Shown here: one piece after another, positions 48,337-61,022 of the stretch
Layout: every line of letters begins with the position of its first letter
Position numbering within the stretch: the first letter of the stretch is position 1
NCBI RefSeq assembly: GCF_036971445.1
Contig: NC_091480.1
Location: 61,940,001-62,004,000, forward strand
Source: Narcine bancroftii
Lineage: Eukaryota
Direction of reading: 5' to 3'
DNA length: 64,000 bases
Program-made: the position numbers and the translations under genes
The notes under the pieces: generated by a model
What the model was told of the DNA's origin: nothing
The model's database searches: none
What the model saw: only the letters and a program-made list of their open reading frames with translations

Positions 48337-49086
48337 GCTGCAACATTACCTCACAACTCTTGAACTCAATCTCCCAACTAATGAAGACCAGCATACCAAA
48401 AGCCTTCTTAATTAACTGCGCAGCAACCTTGAGGGATCTATGGACCTAGATCCCTCAGTTCCTCCACACTATTAACCACGTACCCCACCTTCACGTTTGA
48501 CCCTCGAAAATGTATTACTTCACACTTATCCAGATTGAACTCCATCTGCCATTTTGCCCAACTCTGCACCCTGTCTATATCCTGTTGTAACCCACGACAA
48601 CCTTCAACATAATCCACAACACCTCCAACCTTGGTGTCATCTGCAAACTTACTGACCCACCCCTCCACCTCTTCATCAAAGTCATTTATAAAAATCCCAA
48701 AGAGTAGGTTTCCAGAACAGATCCCTGTGGAGCACACTGGTCACTGAACTCCAGGAAGAATACACTCCATCTACTACTACCCTCTACCTTCTCCAGGCAA
48801 GCCAATTAGGAATCCAAGCAGCCAGGTTTCCTTGGACCCCATGCCTCATGACTTTCTGGATGAGCCTACCATGAGGAATTTGGTAAAACACCTTACTGAA
48901 ATCCATATGCACCACATCCATGGTTTTACTTTCATCAATATCCTTTACCTTCTCAAAAGACACAATTAGGCATGTGAAGCATGACCTGCCTCTCACAAAG
49001 TCATGCTGACCATCCTTGAGAAGACTATGATTCTTTAAATGCTCATAAATCATGCCCCTAAGTATCCCAATAGTACCTTGTGGTTA

Positions 49087-49480
49087 ACACAAATGCTGGA
49101 GAAGCTCAGGAGGTCAAGCAGTGTACTTTATACATAACCAATTTTTCGGGCTTGAGCCATTCATCAAGGTATGACCAAAATGTAGACAAGCCCCCAAACA
49201 AAATGTTGGGGGGTAGGGGAGAGGAGCACAGGAGTTTTTACATTTACAGAGCCATCCCCCTCCCCCCTGTTTGCTGCTGTACCCTCCCTTATGCTCCTAT
49301 TACCTCCTGCCTGTGGGACTGTGCTCCGCTCTCTGCCCCTCTCCCCCACCATTTTGTTCAGGCACCTGCCTACATTTTGCTCATATTAACGAAGGGCTCA
49401 AGACCAAAACATTGATTATATATACATTATGTATAAGATACCTTGTTTGACCTGCTGAGTTTCTCCAGCAGTGGGTTTTT
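49087..49480. mobile_element. Palindromic Penelope-terminal-repeat-like short element
   Basis: ACACAAATGCTGGAGAAGCTCAG... paired with ...CTGAGTTTCTCCAGCA; related pieces at 40237-40380 and 40690-40850. Confidence 0.55.
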
Positions 49481-49702
49481 ACTTTTATCCCAATATGTTA
49501 GCTCATCACTGGCATCCAGAAAGGCCTTACCTCTAGTTGGCTTGACCACATACTATCAGTAATCCTTCTTGGACACACCTGACAACTTCTGCCCCATCTG
49601 AACATTTTGCACTAAGGAAGTGCCAGTGAGTATTTGGGAAGTTGAAGTCTCCCATGACAACAACTCTGTTATTTTGGCACCTTTCCTAAATCTGACAACT
49701 TC

Positions 49703-49947
49703 GGGCGTCATGGTTAGCATAGCAGTTAGTGCCACGCTGTTACAGCGCCAATGACTGGGAATGGGGTTCGAATCCCACGCTCTCTGTAAGGAGGTTGTAC
49801 GTTCTCCCTGTGTTTGTGTGGGTTTTCCCTGGGGCTCCTGTTTCCTCCCCATCCTTCAAAACATACTGGGGGTTGCAAGTCAATTGGGCAGCATGGCCTT
49901 GTGAGCTGAAAGAGCCTGTTACCATGCTGTATATCTAAATTTAAATT
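49703..49947 (+). mobile_element. tRNA-derived V-SINE (HE1-like)
   Basis: A box, B box GGTTCGAATCCC, V-domain-like GTACGTTCTCCCTGTG...GGGTTTTCC...TTTCCTCCC. Confidence 0.75.
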
Positions 49948-51057
49948 CTCTGCTTCTCAGTGTCCCAGTGACTATTTGGGGCCTTTCGAATACTCCCATT
50001 AGAGTGATCACTCCTTTCCCATTTCTGACTTCCACCTACACAATCCCTCCAGAACATTGTCCCTTTCTGCAGCAGTGATACTATCCCTGATTAGCCATGC
50101 CATTTCCCCCCCCCCCCAACCCCCTGCCATTTACCTCCCACCTGACCCCTTTTGAAAAATCTAAATCCCAGAACCTACATCAGCCAATCCTGTACCTGCA
50201 TTATCCGAGACTCTGTAATGGGCACAACATCATAATTCCATGCTCAAAGTTGATCACCCTTATTCCTAATACTTCTTGTATTAAAATACACACATTTAAT
50301 CCCATCCAGCTGACTGCATTTATGCTTCATCCACTGCCTGTCCTTGCTCACAATCTCACTGCACAGAACATCTACCTTTCCCCAATGGCATGATCATCTG
50401 ACCTATCCCCCTGCCCGGCTAGTTTAAACCAACTGAAGAGTTCGAGCAAACCTGCCCACAAGGACATTTGTCCACTTGAATGTCAAGTATAACCTGTCCC
50501 TTTTGCACAGATGATAGTTTCCCCAGAAGAGATCCCAATGTTCCAGAATTCTGATGTCTCACTAAAATGCTCCCAAAACAAATATTCTCACAGCACCTTG
50601 GGGCATATAGACAATAAACATGAACTGAAATGAGTTACAAGACAGTTATTTAAAACTGAGGTTGGTGGGAATTTTTTTCCATCAGAGAGAGGAATCTATG
50701 GAAAGCTCTCTCCCAGAGGATACCAGAGGGAGGGGCATCGCTGGGATGCCCCGGAGGGTGCCAGAGGGAGGAGCAATGCTGGGATTCCCTGGAGGGTGAT
50801 AGAGGGAGGGGAATTGGTGAACCACTGGAATTCACTGCATATCCAACTTCTCCCTTCCCCCTCCTAAAGGGGGGGGGGGGGGGGGGGGGAAGGCTGAATC
50901 ACTTCAATGGGATTTATAGAAGAGCTCTGGGTTGAGCGAGGTGCCCAGAATGCCAGCTACAACAAGACAGCTCTCTCCCAGCACTTTGTGGAGATCCAGC
51001 AGACTTTGAAATCTTGCACAATCCAACTGGCAGGGTGCTCATAGTCAGATTCCTCAC

Positions 51058-51120
51058 CTGCTGTACTGCTAGCGTGCTATCCATCTCATCCAGGGACTCA
51101 TCGGGCCAGTTGTAGAAGTC
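51058..51120 (-). CDS. MOB4: MOB4 exon 2 (exon 1 not found in the window)
   Basis: [21 protein letters not shown]; 63 bp; all seven exons join in frame to 205 aa plus stop. Confidence 0.95.
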
Positions 51121-51389
51121 CTAGTGGAGGCAGTGAAGGAAACACAATTAGGTGGGCTCGTGGAGCCAGCTGAAGGGAATGGAGGGAACGAGCAAGGCAG
51201 GATGGGCATTGTACGATGGGACGACAAGTGAATGATGATTGGAGGGAGGTGGTGGGTGAGCGTAAGTGTGCATGGCAGAAGGTGAGCAGAGGCAAGTGAA
51301 GGGCTGTCAGGGCGAATGGGCAAGCAGAAGGGCATGAGGGTGGTGTTGGCCAAATGGAGGGCAATTATAAAGAGGGGTGGGGTAGGGTT

Positions 51390-54300
51390 GAACATAGAAC
51401 AGTATAGCACAGTACAGGCCCTTCAGCCCACAATTTTGTGCTGAACTTTAGACTCTGCGTCCCACATAACTCTCCACTTTACATTCCTCCATATGCTTGT
51501 CTAGTATTCACCAATGTACGTGCCTCCACTACTGACCCAGGTGCATTCTACGCACCAACCACTCTCTGGGTAAAAAACCTTCCTCTAATATCTCCGTTGA
51601 ACTTCCCACCCATTACCTTAAAGCCTGGCCCTCTTTTATTGAGCAGTGGTGCCCTGGGAAGGAGGCGCTGGTTGTCCACTCTACCTATTCCTCTTATTAT
51701 CTTGTATACCTCTAACATGTCTCCTCTCATCCTCCTTTTCTCCAAAGAGTAAAGCCCAAGCTCTCTTAATCTCTGCTCATAATACATACTCTCTAAACCA
51801 GGTAGCATCCTGGTAAATCTCCTCTGCACCCTTTCCAATGCTTCCATGTCTTTCCTATAATGAGGTGACCAGAACTGGACACAGTATTCCAAGTGTGGTC
51901 TAACCAGAGTTTTGTAGAGCTGCACCATTACCTCCCGGCTCTTAAACTCAATCCCTTGATTTATGAAAGCTAACACCCAATAAGCTTTCTTTTTTTAATT
52001 TTTTTTTTATTTTTCACACTGTGAACCATATCAACCAAAATACATACAAACATTTCCCTCTTAAATATACACAGTGGCATTTTCTCCCCTTGTCCCCCCC
52101 CCTTACAAAACCAATAAATATTCAACTGTACAATACAATAAAACCATTAAACAAGATCACCACACAATGAAAAATAAAACAGAAAAATGTGTCATCTACT
52201 TTTACATACTGGATCAAGTCATTTTGTCTTCTTATCATTTTAGGGGGGTAGAAGTCCGAGGCAAGCCCTGTCTGTTATGTTCCATATACGGTTACCAAAT
52301 TTGTTCAAATAATGTGACTTTATTTTTTAAATTATATGTTATTTTTTCCAATGAAATACATTTATTCATTTCCATGTACCATTGCTGTATTCTCAGGCTC
52401 TCTTCCGATTTCCAAGTTGACATTATACATTTTTTTGCTACTGCTAAGGCTATCATAATAAATCTTTTTTGCACTTCATCCAGTTTGAGGCCTAATTCTT
52501 TACTTCTTATATTACTTAGAAGAAAGATCTCTGGATTTTGGGTATGTTGCTTTTTGTGATTTTATTTAATATCTGATTTAGATCTTCCCAAAACTTTTCA
52601 CTTTCTTACATGCCCAAATTACATGTACTGTTGTTCCCATTTCCTTCTTACAGCGAAAACATCTATCTGATAATGTTGGATCCCATTTTTTTAACTTTTG
52701 GGGCGTGATATATAACCTGTGTAACCAATTATACTGTATCATGCGTAACTTCGTGTTTATTATATTCTTCATAGTTCCAGAACATAACTTTTCCCATGTT
52801 TCATTTTTTATCTTTATGTTTAAATCCTTTTCCCACTTTTGTTTGGGTTTACAGCTTATTTCATCATTTTCCTTATCTTGCATCTTGATGTACATGTTCG
52901 TTATAAATCTTTTAATTATCATCGTGTCTGTAATCACATATTCAAAGTTGTTTCCTTCTGGTAATCTCAGTCTGTTTCCCAATTTATCCTTTAAGTAAGC
53001 TTTCAGTTGATGGTATGCAAACATTGTACCATGAGTTATTCCATTATTTGTACTTCAATTGTTCAAATGTTAATAAATTATTTCCCAAAAACAATTTTCT
53101 ATTCTTTTAATTATTTTTATCTACCATTCTCTAAAGGAAAAGTTATCTATTGTAAAAGGGATTAGCTGATTTTCGTGTCAATAATAATTTTGGTATTTGG
53201 AAATTTGTTTTTTCCTTTCTAAGTGAATCTCCTTCCATATATTGAGTAAATGATGCAATACTGGTGAGCTTTTATTTCATACCAGCTTTTCATCCCGCTT
53301 ATCAAGTATATGTTCCGGTACCTTCTCCCCTATTTTATCGAGCTCCATCTTAGTCCAATCTGGTTTTTCCCTTGTCTGATAAAAATCTGATAAATACCTT
53401 AATTGTGCTGCTCTATAATAATTTTTAAAGTTTGGTAACTGCAAACCACCTTGTTTGTACCATTCTGTTAATTTATCTAGCGCTATCCTCGGTTTCCCCC
53501 CTTTTCATAAAAATTTCCTTATTATTCTCTTTAGTTCATTAAAGAATTTCTCTGTTAAGGGAATTGGTAACGACTGAAATAAGCATTGTATCCTTGGGAA
53601 GACGTTCATTTTAATGCAATTTACCCTCCTTATCAACGTTAGCGGTAATTCTTTCCAATGTTCTAAGTCTTCCTGCAATTTCTTTATTAGTGGCTGATAA
53701 TTTAATTTGTACAAGTGGCTTAAATTATTATCTAACCTAATATCTAGGTATCGGATTGCTGTGTTTGCCATTTAAATGGTGATTCTTTTTTAAATTCTGT
53801 ATAATCCGCATTACTCATTGGCATCACTTCACTTTTATTTCCGTTGATCTTGTACCCCAATATTTCTCCATACTCCTTCAATTTCTTATGTAGTTCTTTT
53901 ATTGATATTTCTGGTTCTGTTAAGTATACTATGTCGTCATCTGCAAATAAACTGATTTTATACTCCTCCTTTATTTTTATCCCTTTTATTTTATTTTCTG
54001 TTCTTATCAGTTCTGCCAATGGTTCTATTGCTAAAGCGAACAGTGAGGGAGATAATGGACATCCCTGCCTAGTTGACCTACTTAATTTAAATTGATTCGA
54101 TACATATCCATTTACTGTTACCTTCGCCAATGGTCCGTTATATAATGCTTTAATCCAATTAATATATTTTTCTGGTAGATTGAACCTCTGTAATACTTTG
54201 AATAAATAATTCCATTCTACCCTGTCAAAGGCTTTTTCTGCATCTAAAGCAACAGCCACTGTTGGCATCTTATTTCTTTGAACTGCATGGATTAAATTAA

Positions 54301-57300
54301 TAAATTTACAGACATTATCTGCTGTTTGTCTTTTCTTAATAAATCCAGTTTGATCTTGTTTTACTATTTTTGGTACACAGTCGGACAATCTGTTTGCTAA
54401 TAATTTTGCTATTATCTTAGAATCTGAATTAAGTAGAGATATTGGTCTATATGATGCTGGTGTTAGTGGATCCTTTCCCGTCTTTGTTATTACTGTAATT
54501 ATTGCTGTCTTACATGAATCTGGCAAGTTTTGTGTTTCTTCTATCTGGTTCATTACTTCCAGAAGAGGAGAAATTAATAACTCTTTAAATGTTTAATAGA
54601 ATTCTATTGGGAATCTATCCTCTCCAGGACTTTTATTGTTCTGCAGCTTTTTTTAATACATCCTGCACTTCCTCTATTTCAAATGGTTTTATCGGTTTGT
54701 TTTGTTCCTCTTCTTGCAATTTCAGCAGTTCAATTTTAGCTAAAAACTTATATTTTATCATCTTTCCCCTCGTTCTCAGTTTGGTATAATTGTTCATAAA
54801 ATTCCTTAATGTTCTCATTAATCTCCGTTGGGTTATATGTAATTTGTTTGTCCTTTTTCCTTGATGCCAATACAGTTCTTTTAGCTTGTTCTGTTTTGTT
54901 GCCAGGCTAATATTTTGTGTTTTTTCTCTTAGTTCATAATACTTTTGCTTTATTTTCATTATGTTCTTCTCCACCTTATAAGTTTGTAATGTTTTGTATT
55001 TTATTTTTTTGTCCGCCAACTCTCTTCTTTTTGTTATATCGTCCCCTGTTGCTAGTTCCTTTTCTGTACTTAATATTTCCCTTTCCAATTGTTTTATTTC
55101 CCGATTGTAGTCCTTTTTCATCTTAGTTACATAACTTATTATCTGCCCTCTAATGAAAGTTTTCATTGCATCCCATAATATAAATTTATCTTTCACTGAT
55201 TCTGTATTTATTTCAAAGTATGTTTTAATTTGGAGTTCAATAAACTCTCCAAATTCTTGCCTTTTAAGTAGCATGGAGTTTAACCTCCATCTATATGTTC
55301 TTGGTGGGATGTCCTCCAGTTCTATTGCTAATAATAGGGGTGAATGATCAGATAGCAATCTAGCTTTTTATTCAGTTTTCCTAATTCTCCCTTGAATATG
55401 GGCCGAGAACAAAAACATATCAATCCTTGAGTATGTTTTATGCCTACTCGAATAATATGAGTATTCCTTCTCTCTTGGGTGCTGCCTCCTCCATATATCC
55501 ATAAGTTTCATTTCCTGCATTGATTTAACCATAAATTTGGCCACTTTATTCTTTTTGCTAGTCTTTTGTCCAGTTTTATCCAACATTGGATCCAAATTAA
55601 GGTTAAAATCCCCTCCTATCAATATATTCCCTTGTGTATCTACAATCTTGAAAAAAAATATCTTCCATAAACTTTTGATCCTCTTCATTAGGTGCATATA
55701 TATTGAGCAAATTCCAAAATTCTGAATATATCTGACACTTTATCATTACATACCTCCCTGCTGGATCTATTATTTCTTCCTCTATTTTGATTGGTACATT
55801 TTTATCAATTAATATGGCTACACCTCTAGCTTTTGAATTATACGATGCTGCCGGTACATGCCCTACCCAGTCTCTCTTTAGTTTATTATGTTCCACTTCA
55901 GTTAGATGCGTTTCCTGCACAAATGCTATGTTTATTTTTTTCTTTTTTCAATAAATTTAATCGCCTCTTCTGTTTAATTTGGTTATGTATTCCATTAATA
56001 TTTATAGTCATATAATTCAACATGGCCATCTCATATCCTGCTTACACCTCATTTCTGCTTCCTCACCACCACCATCCCCCTTTTCCCCATTTTCATCTCT
56101 GTTTTCCCTTTTTAAACTCAATGTACGACAACATATTTAAAACATAAAATACTTCAACAACTCCCACATCCAATATTCCCTTACCCCCAAATGTCCCCCC
56201 TCCCCTCTGAGTTTCCCCTTATCCCTTGCCGGGCAACCACAACTCCCCTCTCCATTTGGATTGCGAACCCGCTCACAAGCGTCAACTGATTTTGCAGTGA
56301 CGGTTATGCTCTCCCACCCAACCCCCCCCGAAAATACTTTTTTTTTTGCACATATAACAAAGTTCACCCTTTTTTCCCCCTTACTTCCTTTCTTCCCTTC
56401 TCTTTCCCTTCTTTAGTTCTTACATATACATTATTTTTACATCTTTACATATATATTTTATCGCCATTCTTTATTCTTGTTACAATTCTTCATCTCTCCT
56501 TCTGACCTGCAGGTGTTCTGCAAATTCTCGTGCTTCCTCCGGATCCGAGAACAGTCTGTTTTGCTCCCCAAGGATAAATATTTTAAGCACAGCTGGATGT
56601 CTTAACATAAATTTATAACCTTTTTTTCCATAGGATCGATTTTGCTGTATAAAACTCCTTCCTCTTCTTTATGAGTTCAAAACTTATGTCTGGGTAAAAA
56701 AATATTTTTTGACCCTTGTATTCCAATATTTATTGTCTTCTCTAATTTTATTCCTTGCCCGCTCCAGTATATTTTCTCTTCTTGTATATCTCAAAAATTT
56801 TACTAAAATGGATCTTGGTTTTTGATGTGTCTGTGGTTTCGGAGCTAGTGTTCTGTGTGCCCTTTCTATTTCCATTCCTTTCTGTATTTCTGTCATTCCC
56901 AGGACCTTTGGGATCCATTCTTTTATAAATTCCTTCCTATCTGTGTCTTCTTCATCTTCCTTTAGACCCACTGTTTTTATGTTGTTTTGCCTACTATAAT
57001 TTTCCAACATATCAATTTTGTGAGCTAATAACTCTGGTGACTCTTTTAAATTTTTTTATCACTTTCTTCCAATTTTCTTCTTAAGTCATTCACTTCCATT
57101 TCTCCAGCCGTTTCTCGTTCTTCCACATTTTCTAATCTTTTCTCTATTTCTGTCATGACCAGCTCTAATCTATTCACTTTATCTTCTGTACTTCTCATTT
57201 TTCTTTTAATTTCACTAAATTCTAATGTCAACCATTCTTTTAATGCTCTCATTTGTTCTTGAAAAAAAACTTTATCTATATTCTGTCCATCTATTTTACC

Positions 57301-59930
57301 TTCTATTTTTCTGTGCAGATCTTGGTCTTCTTTTTCCTCTTCTTCTGTGTCCGTACCTGTGTTTGTTACTTTTTCTTCTCTTTCTTGTATCTGTGTCTCT
57401 TCTGACTTTCCTAATGAGTTGCTTGTCTCATTTTGCTGTGCTTCTTCTTGTTTGGCTTCTTGCTGTTGGTCCTCTTCTTCTGGGCTGGCATCTGTTGGGC
57501 CTCCTGCTGCTGCTCTTCTTTCCTTTCACTCCCTTTCCTGTCACTTTCCTCTTCTTCCAGCTGAGAGTCCTGGTGTCAGGCATCCCTCAGCTGGTCACAT
57601 TGTGTTTGCCCGCTCCTCGGGTGAGCCACCATCCCGTCGGTGTTCTCCTTCTCCTTAGTAAGCGCACTGCGCACTTTTGTTTGGCTCAGAGAGATATTTT
57701 TGTAGTCTAGCGGTCGGGGGGGTCGCGACTCCGCGGGGTCGTCACCAACCTCGGAGAACGGGCTCTCTTCTCCACGACGACTCCCTGTTTCTCCATGCAG
57801 GTAAGGCCTTGTCCTGTCTCTTCCGGCGTCTTTTCTTCTTTTTTTCCCATTGTTTTTACTTTTTCCTTCTTGGGTGCCATTTTCTTTCTTTTCTCTACAA
57901 CTTTATCTTTTATTTGTTATGTTTTGTATTTCTTGAACTTTGTATTTTCTTCACTTTATTTCTTCTTTTCTGGAGAGGGCTGGTATTCCCCTACTGGCCA
58001 CTACTCCATCACATGACTCCTCTCCCAATAGCTTTCTTAACTACCATGTCTTCCTGTGAGGCAACTTTCAGGGATCTGTGGACATGGACCCCCAAATCCC
58101 TCTGCTCTTCCATACAACCAAGAATCCTGCCAATAACTTTGTACTCTGCCTTGGAGTTTGTCCTTCCAAAGTGTGCCACCTCACACTTCTCCATATTGAA
58201 CTCCATCTGCCACTTCTCAGCCCAGTTCTGCAGCCTATCAATGTCCCTCTGCAATCTTCTACAATCTTCCACACTATCCATAACACCACCCACCTTTGTG
58301 TCATCTGCAAACTTGACAATCCACCCTTCTACCCCCTCATCCATCAATTAAAAAAAATAAGACACAACCTTCCAATCCGTATGTATTCCCTCCACCACAA
58401 CCCTCTGCTGTCTACAGGTAAGCCAATTCTGAATCCACTTAGCCAAACTTTCCCATATCCCATGGCTTCTGACTTTCTGAATAAGCCTACCATATGGAAC
58501 CTTGTCAAATGCCTTACTAAAATCCATGAAGACCACATCCACCGCACTACCCTCATCAATATGTCTTGTGAGACATGATCTGCCCTTCACAAAGCCATGC
58601 TGACTGTTCCTGATCAGACCATGATTCTCTAAATGCCCACAGATCCTATCTCTAAGGATCCTTTCAACAGTTTGCCCACCACAGACATAGGGCTCACTGG
58701 TCTATAAATTACCTAGACTTTCCCCACGACCTTTTTTGAACAAGGGGACATTTGTCATACTTATCCTCTAGTACCATTCCCATGGATAACGAGGACACAA
58801 ATCTCCTCCCTCACCTTGTGGAGCAGCCTGGGGAATATTCCGTCAGGCCCCAGGGAATTGTCTGTCCTAATGAATTTTATCTGCTCCCACACATTCTCCC
58901 TCTTAATATCAACATGCTCTAGAATATTTACCCCACCCATAATGACCTCACCGTCTTCAAGGCCCTTCTTCTTGGTGAATACTGAAGAGTATTAATTGAG
59001 GACCTCACCCACTTCCACAGCCTCCAGGCACATCTTCCCACCTTTATCTCTAATTGGTCCTACCTTCACCCCTGTCATCCTTCTGTTCTTCACATGTGAA
59101 GAATGCCTTGGGGTTTTTCTTAGCTCTACTCGCCAAAGCCTTCTCATGTCCCCTTCTTGTTCTCCACAGTCCCCTCTTAAGCTCCTTTCTTGCTACCCGA
59201 TATTCTTCAAGTGACATATCTGATCCTTGCTGCCTAAACCTCATGTGTGCTGCCTTCTTCCACCTGACTAGATTTTCCACATCTCTAATCAACCCCATGG
59301 TTCCTTCACCCTACCGTCCTTTCTCTGCCTCACCAGGGCAATTTTATCCCTAACATCCTGCAAAAGATCTCCAGAGTACATTTCCCTGCAAAAATGTCAT
59401 CCTAATTCACATCTGCAAGATCTAGCCTTATAGCCTCATAGTTTGCCCTTCCCCAATTAAATATTTTCCTGCTCTCTTTGACTCTCTCCTTGTCCATGAC
59501 AATGTTGAAGGCCAGGGAGCGGTTGTTACTGTCCCCCAAATGTTCATCCACTGAGAGATCTGTGGCTGACCCAGTTCATTTCCAAATACTAGATCTAATA
59601 TGGCATTCCCCTAGTTGGCCGGTCAACATCCTGGACACACTTAACAAACTCTGTCCTATCTAAACCTTTGGCACGAAGCAGGTGCCAGTCAATATTAGGG
59701 AAGTTGAAGTTACCTATGATAACAACCCTGTTATTTTTGCACCTTTCCAAAATGTGCCTCTCCATCTGCTCCTTGTTATCCCTGCTGCTACCGGTGGGGC
59801 CTACAGAATACTCCCAATAGAGTAACTGTTTCCTTCCTGTTCCTAACTTCCACCCATACTGACTCAAGAGGATCCTGATACATTATCCACCCTTTCTGCA
59901 GCTCTAATAGTATCCCTTACCAGTAATAAC
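51390..59930 (-). mobile_element. CR1 LINE split by the 6-kb L1
   Basis: CR1 RT C-terminus 51390-51990 continues at 58026-59930. Confidence 0.85.
51992..58025 (-). mobile_element. Full-length (~6 kb) decayed L1, relative of the ORF1-only family
   Basis: Same 5' and 3' ends; ORF1, EN, RT (RQGCPLSP, FADD), CCHC; many frameshifts; TSD ~CAATA(A)GCTTTCTT. Confidence 0.92.
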
Positions 59931-61020
59931 ATAAGAAATAGGAGCAGAAGTAGGCCATCCGGCCCATCGAGCCTGCTCCACCATTCAATAAGATCATGGC
60001 CCAACTCCACCTACCTGCCTTTTCCCCATATCCCTCAATTTTTTTTTAACGTAAAAATCTAACTGAACCTTAAATATATTTAATGAAGTCACCTCAACTG
60101 TGTCCCTGGGCAGAGAATTCCACAGATTCACTACTCTCTGGTAAAAACAATTTTTCCTTATCTCTGTCTTAAATCTACTCCCCTGAATCGTGAGGCTGTG
60201 TCCCATAGATCTAATCTCACCTCCCATTGAAAACAATTTTCCTGTCTGTATCTTATCTATTCCTTTCATAATTTTATGTTTCTATAAGATCTCCTCTCAA
60301 TCTTCTGAATTCAAGTGAGCAAATCCCAAACGATTTAGTCGCTCATCGTAGGTCAACCCCCTCCTCTCCGGGATCAACCTGGCGAACCTCCTCTGGGCTG
60401 CCTCCAAGGTCAGTCTACCCTTCCTCAAGTTAGAAGGCTAGAACTGCACACAGTACTCAAGGTGCAGCCTCACCAGTACCTTGTACAGTTGCAGTATGTC
60501 CTCCCTGCTCTTGAATTCAATTCCTCTAGCGATGAAGGCCAAAATTCCATTTGCCTTCTTAATAACCTGTTGTACCTGCAACCCAACTTTTTACAATTCA
60601 TGCACAAGTCCTTCTGCACTACAACATGCTGCAGTTTTTCACCATTTAAATAATAATCTGCTCTTCTATTTTTTTTCTACCAAAGTGGATGACCTCACAT
60701 TTACTAATGTTGTACTCCATCTGCCAGACCTTTGCCCACTCACCTAACTTAATTATATCCTTCTACAACCTCTCCACATCCTCTGTAAAATTTGTTTTTC
60801 CACTCAATTTAGTATCATCCACAAATTTGGCTACACTACACTCTGTCCCCTCTTCCAAATCATCAATGTAAATGGTGAACAGCTGTGGGCTCAGCACCGA
60901 CCCCTGTGGCTCCCCACTTCCCAATGTCTGCCCATTTATCCCTACTCTCTGTATTTTGTCAGTTAACCAATCCTCAATCCATGTCAATATACTTCCGCCG
61001 ACTCCATTCATTTGTATCTT
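59930..61020 (-). mobile_element. CR1 LINE 3' part
   Basis: PQGSVL, KFVDDTKL, QRVVNLWNSLP. Confidence 0.85.
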
Positions 61021-61022
61021 AT

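Larger units (their letters stand above)
48340..50400 (-). mobile_element. CR1 LINE fragments
   Basis: KFADDTKVGG, MDFSK, WQMEFN motifs; interrupted by short elements. Confidence 0.8.

Noticed and set aside
50868..50889. Long poly-G run
   Set aside because: Simple homopolymer of unreliable length with no supporting context.
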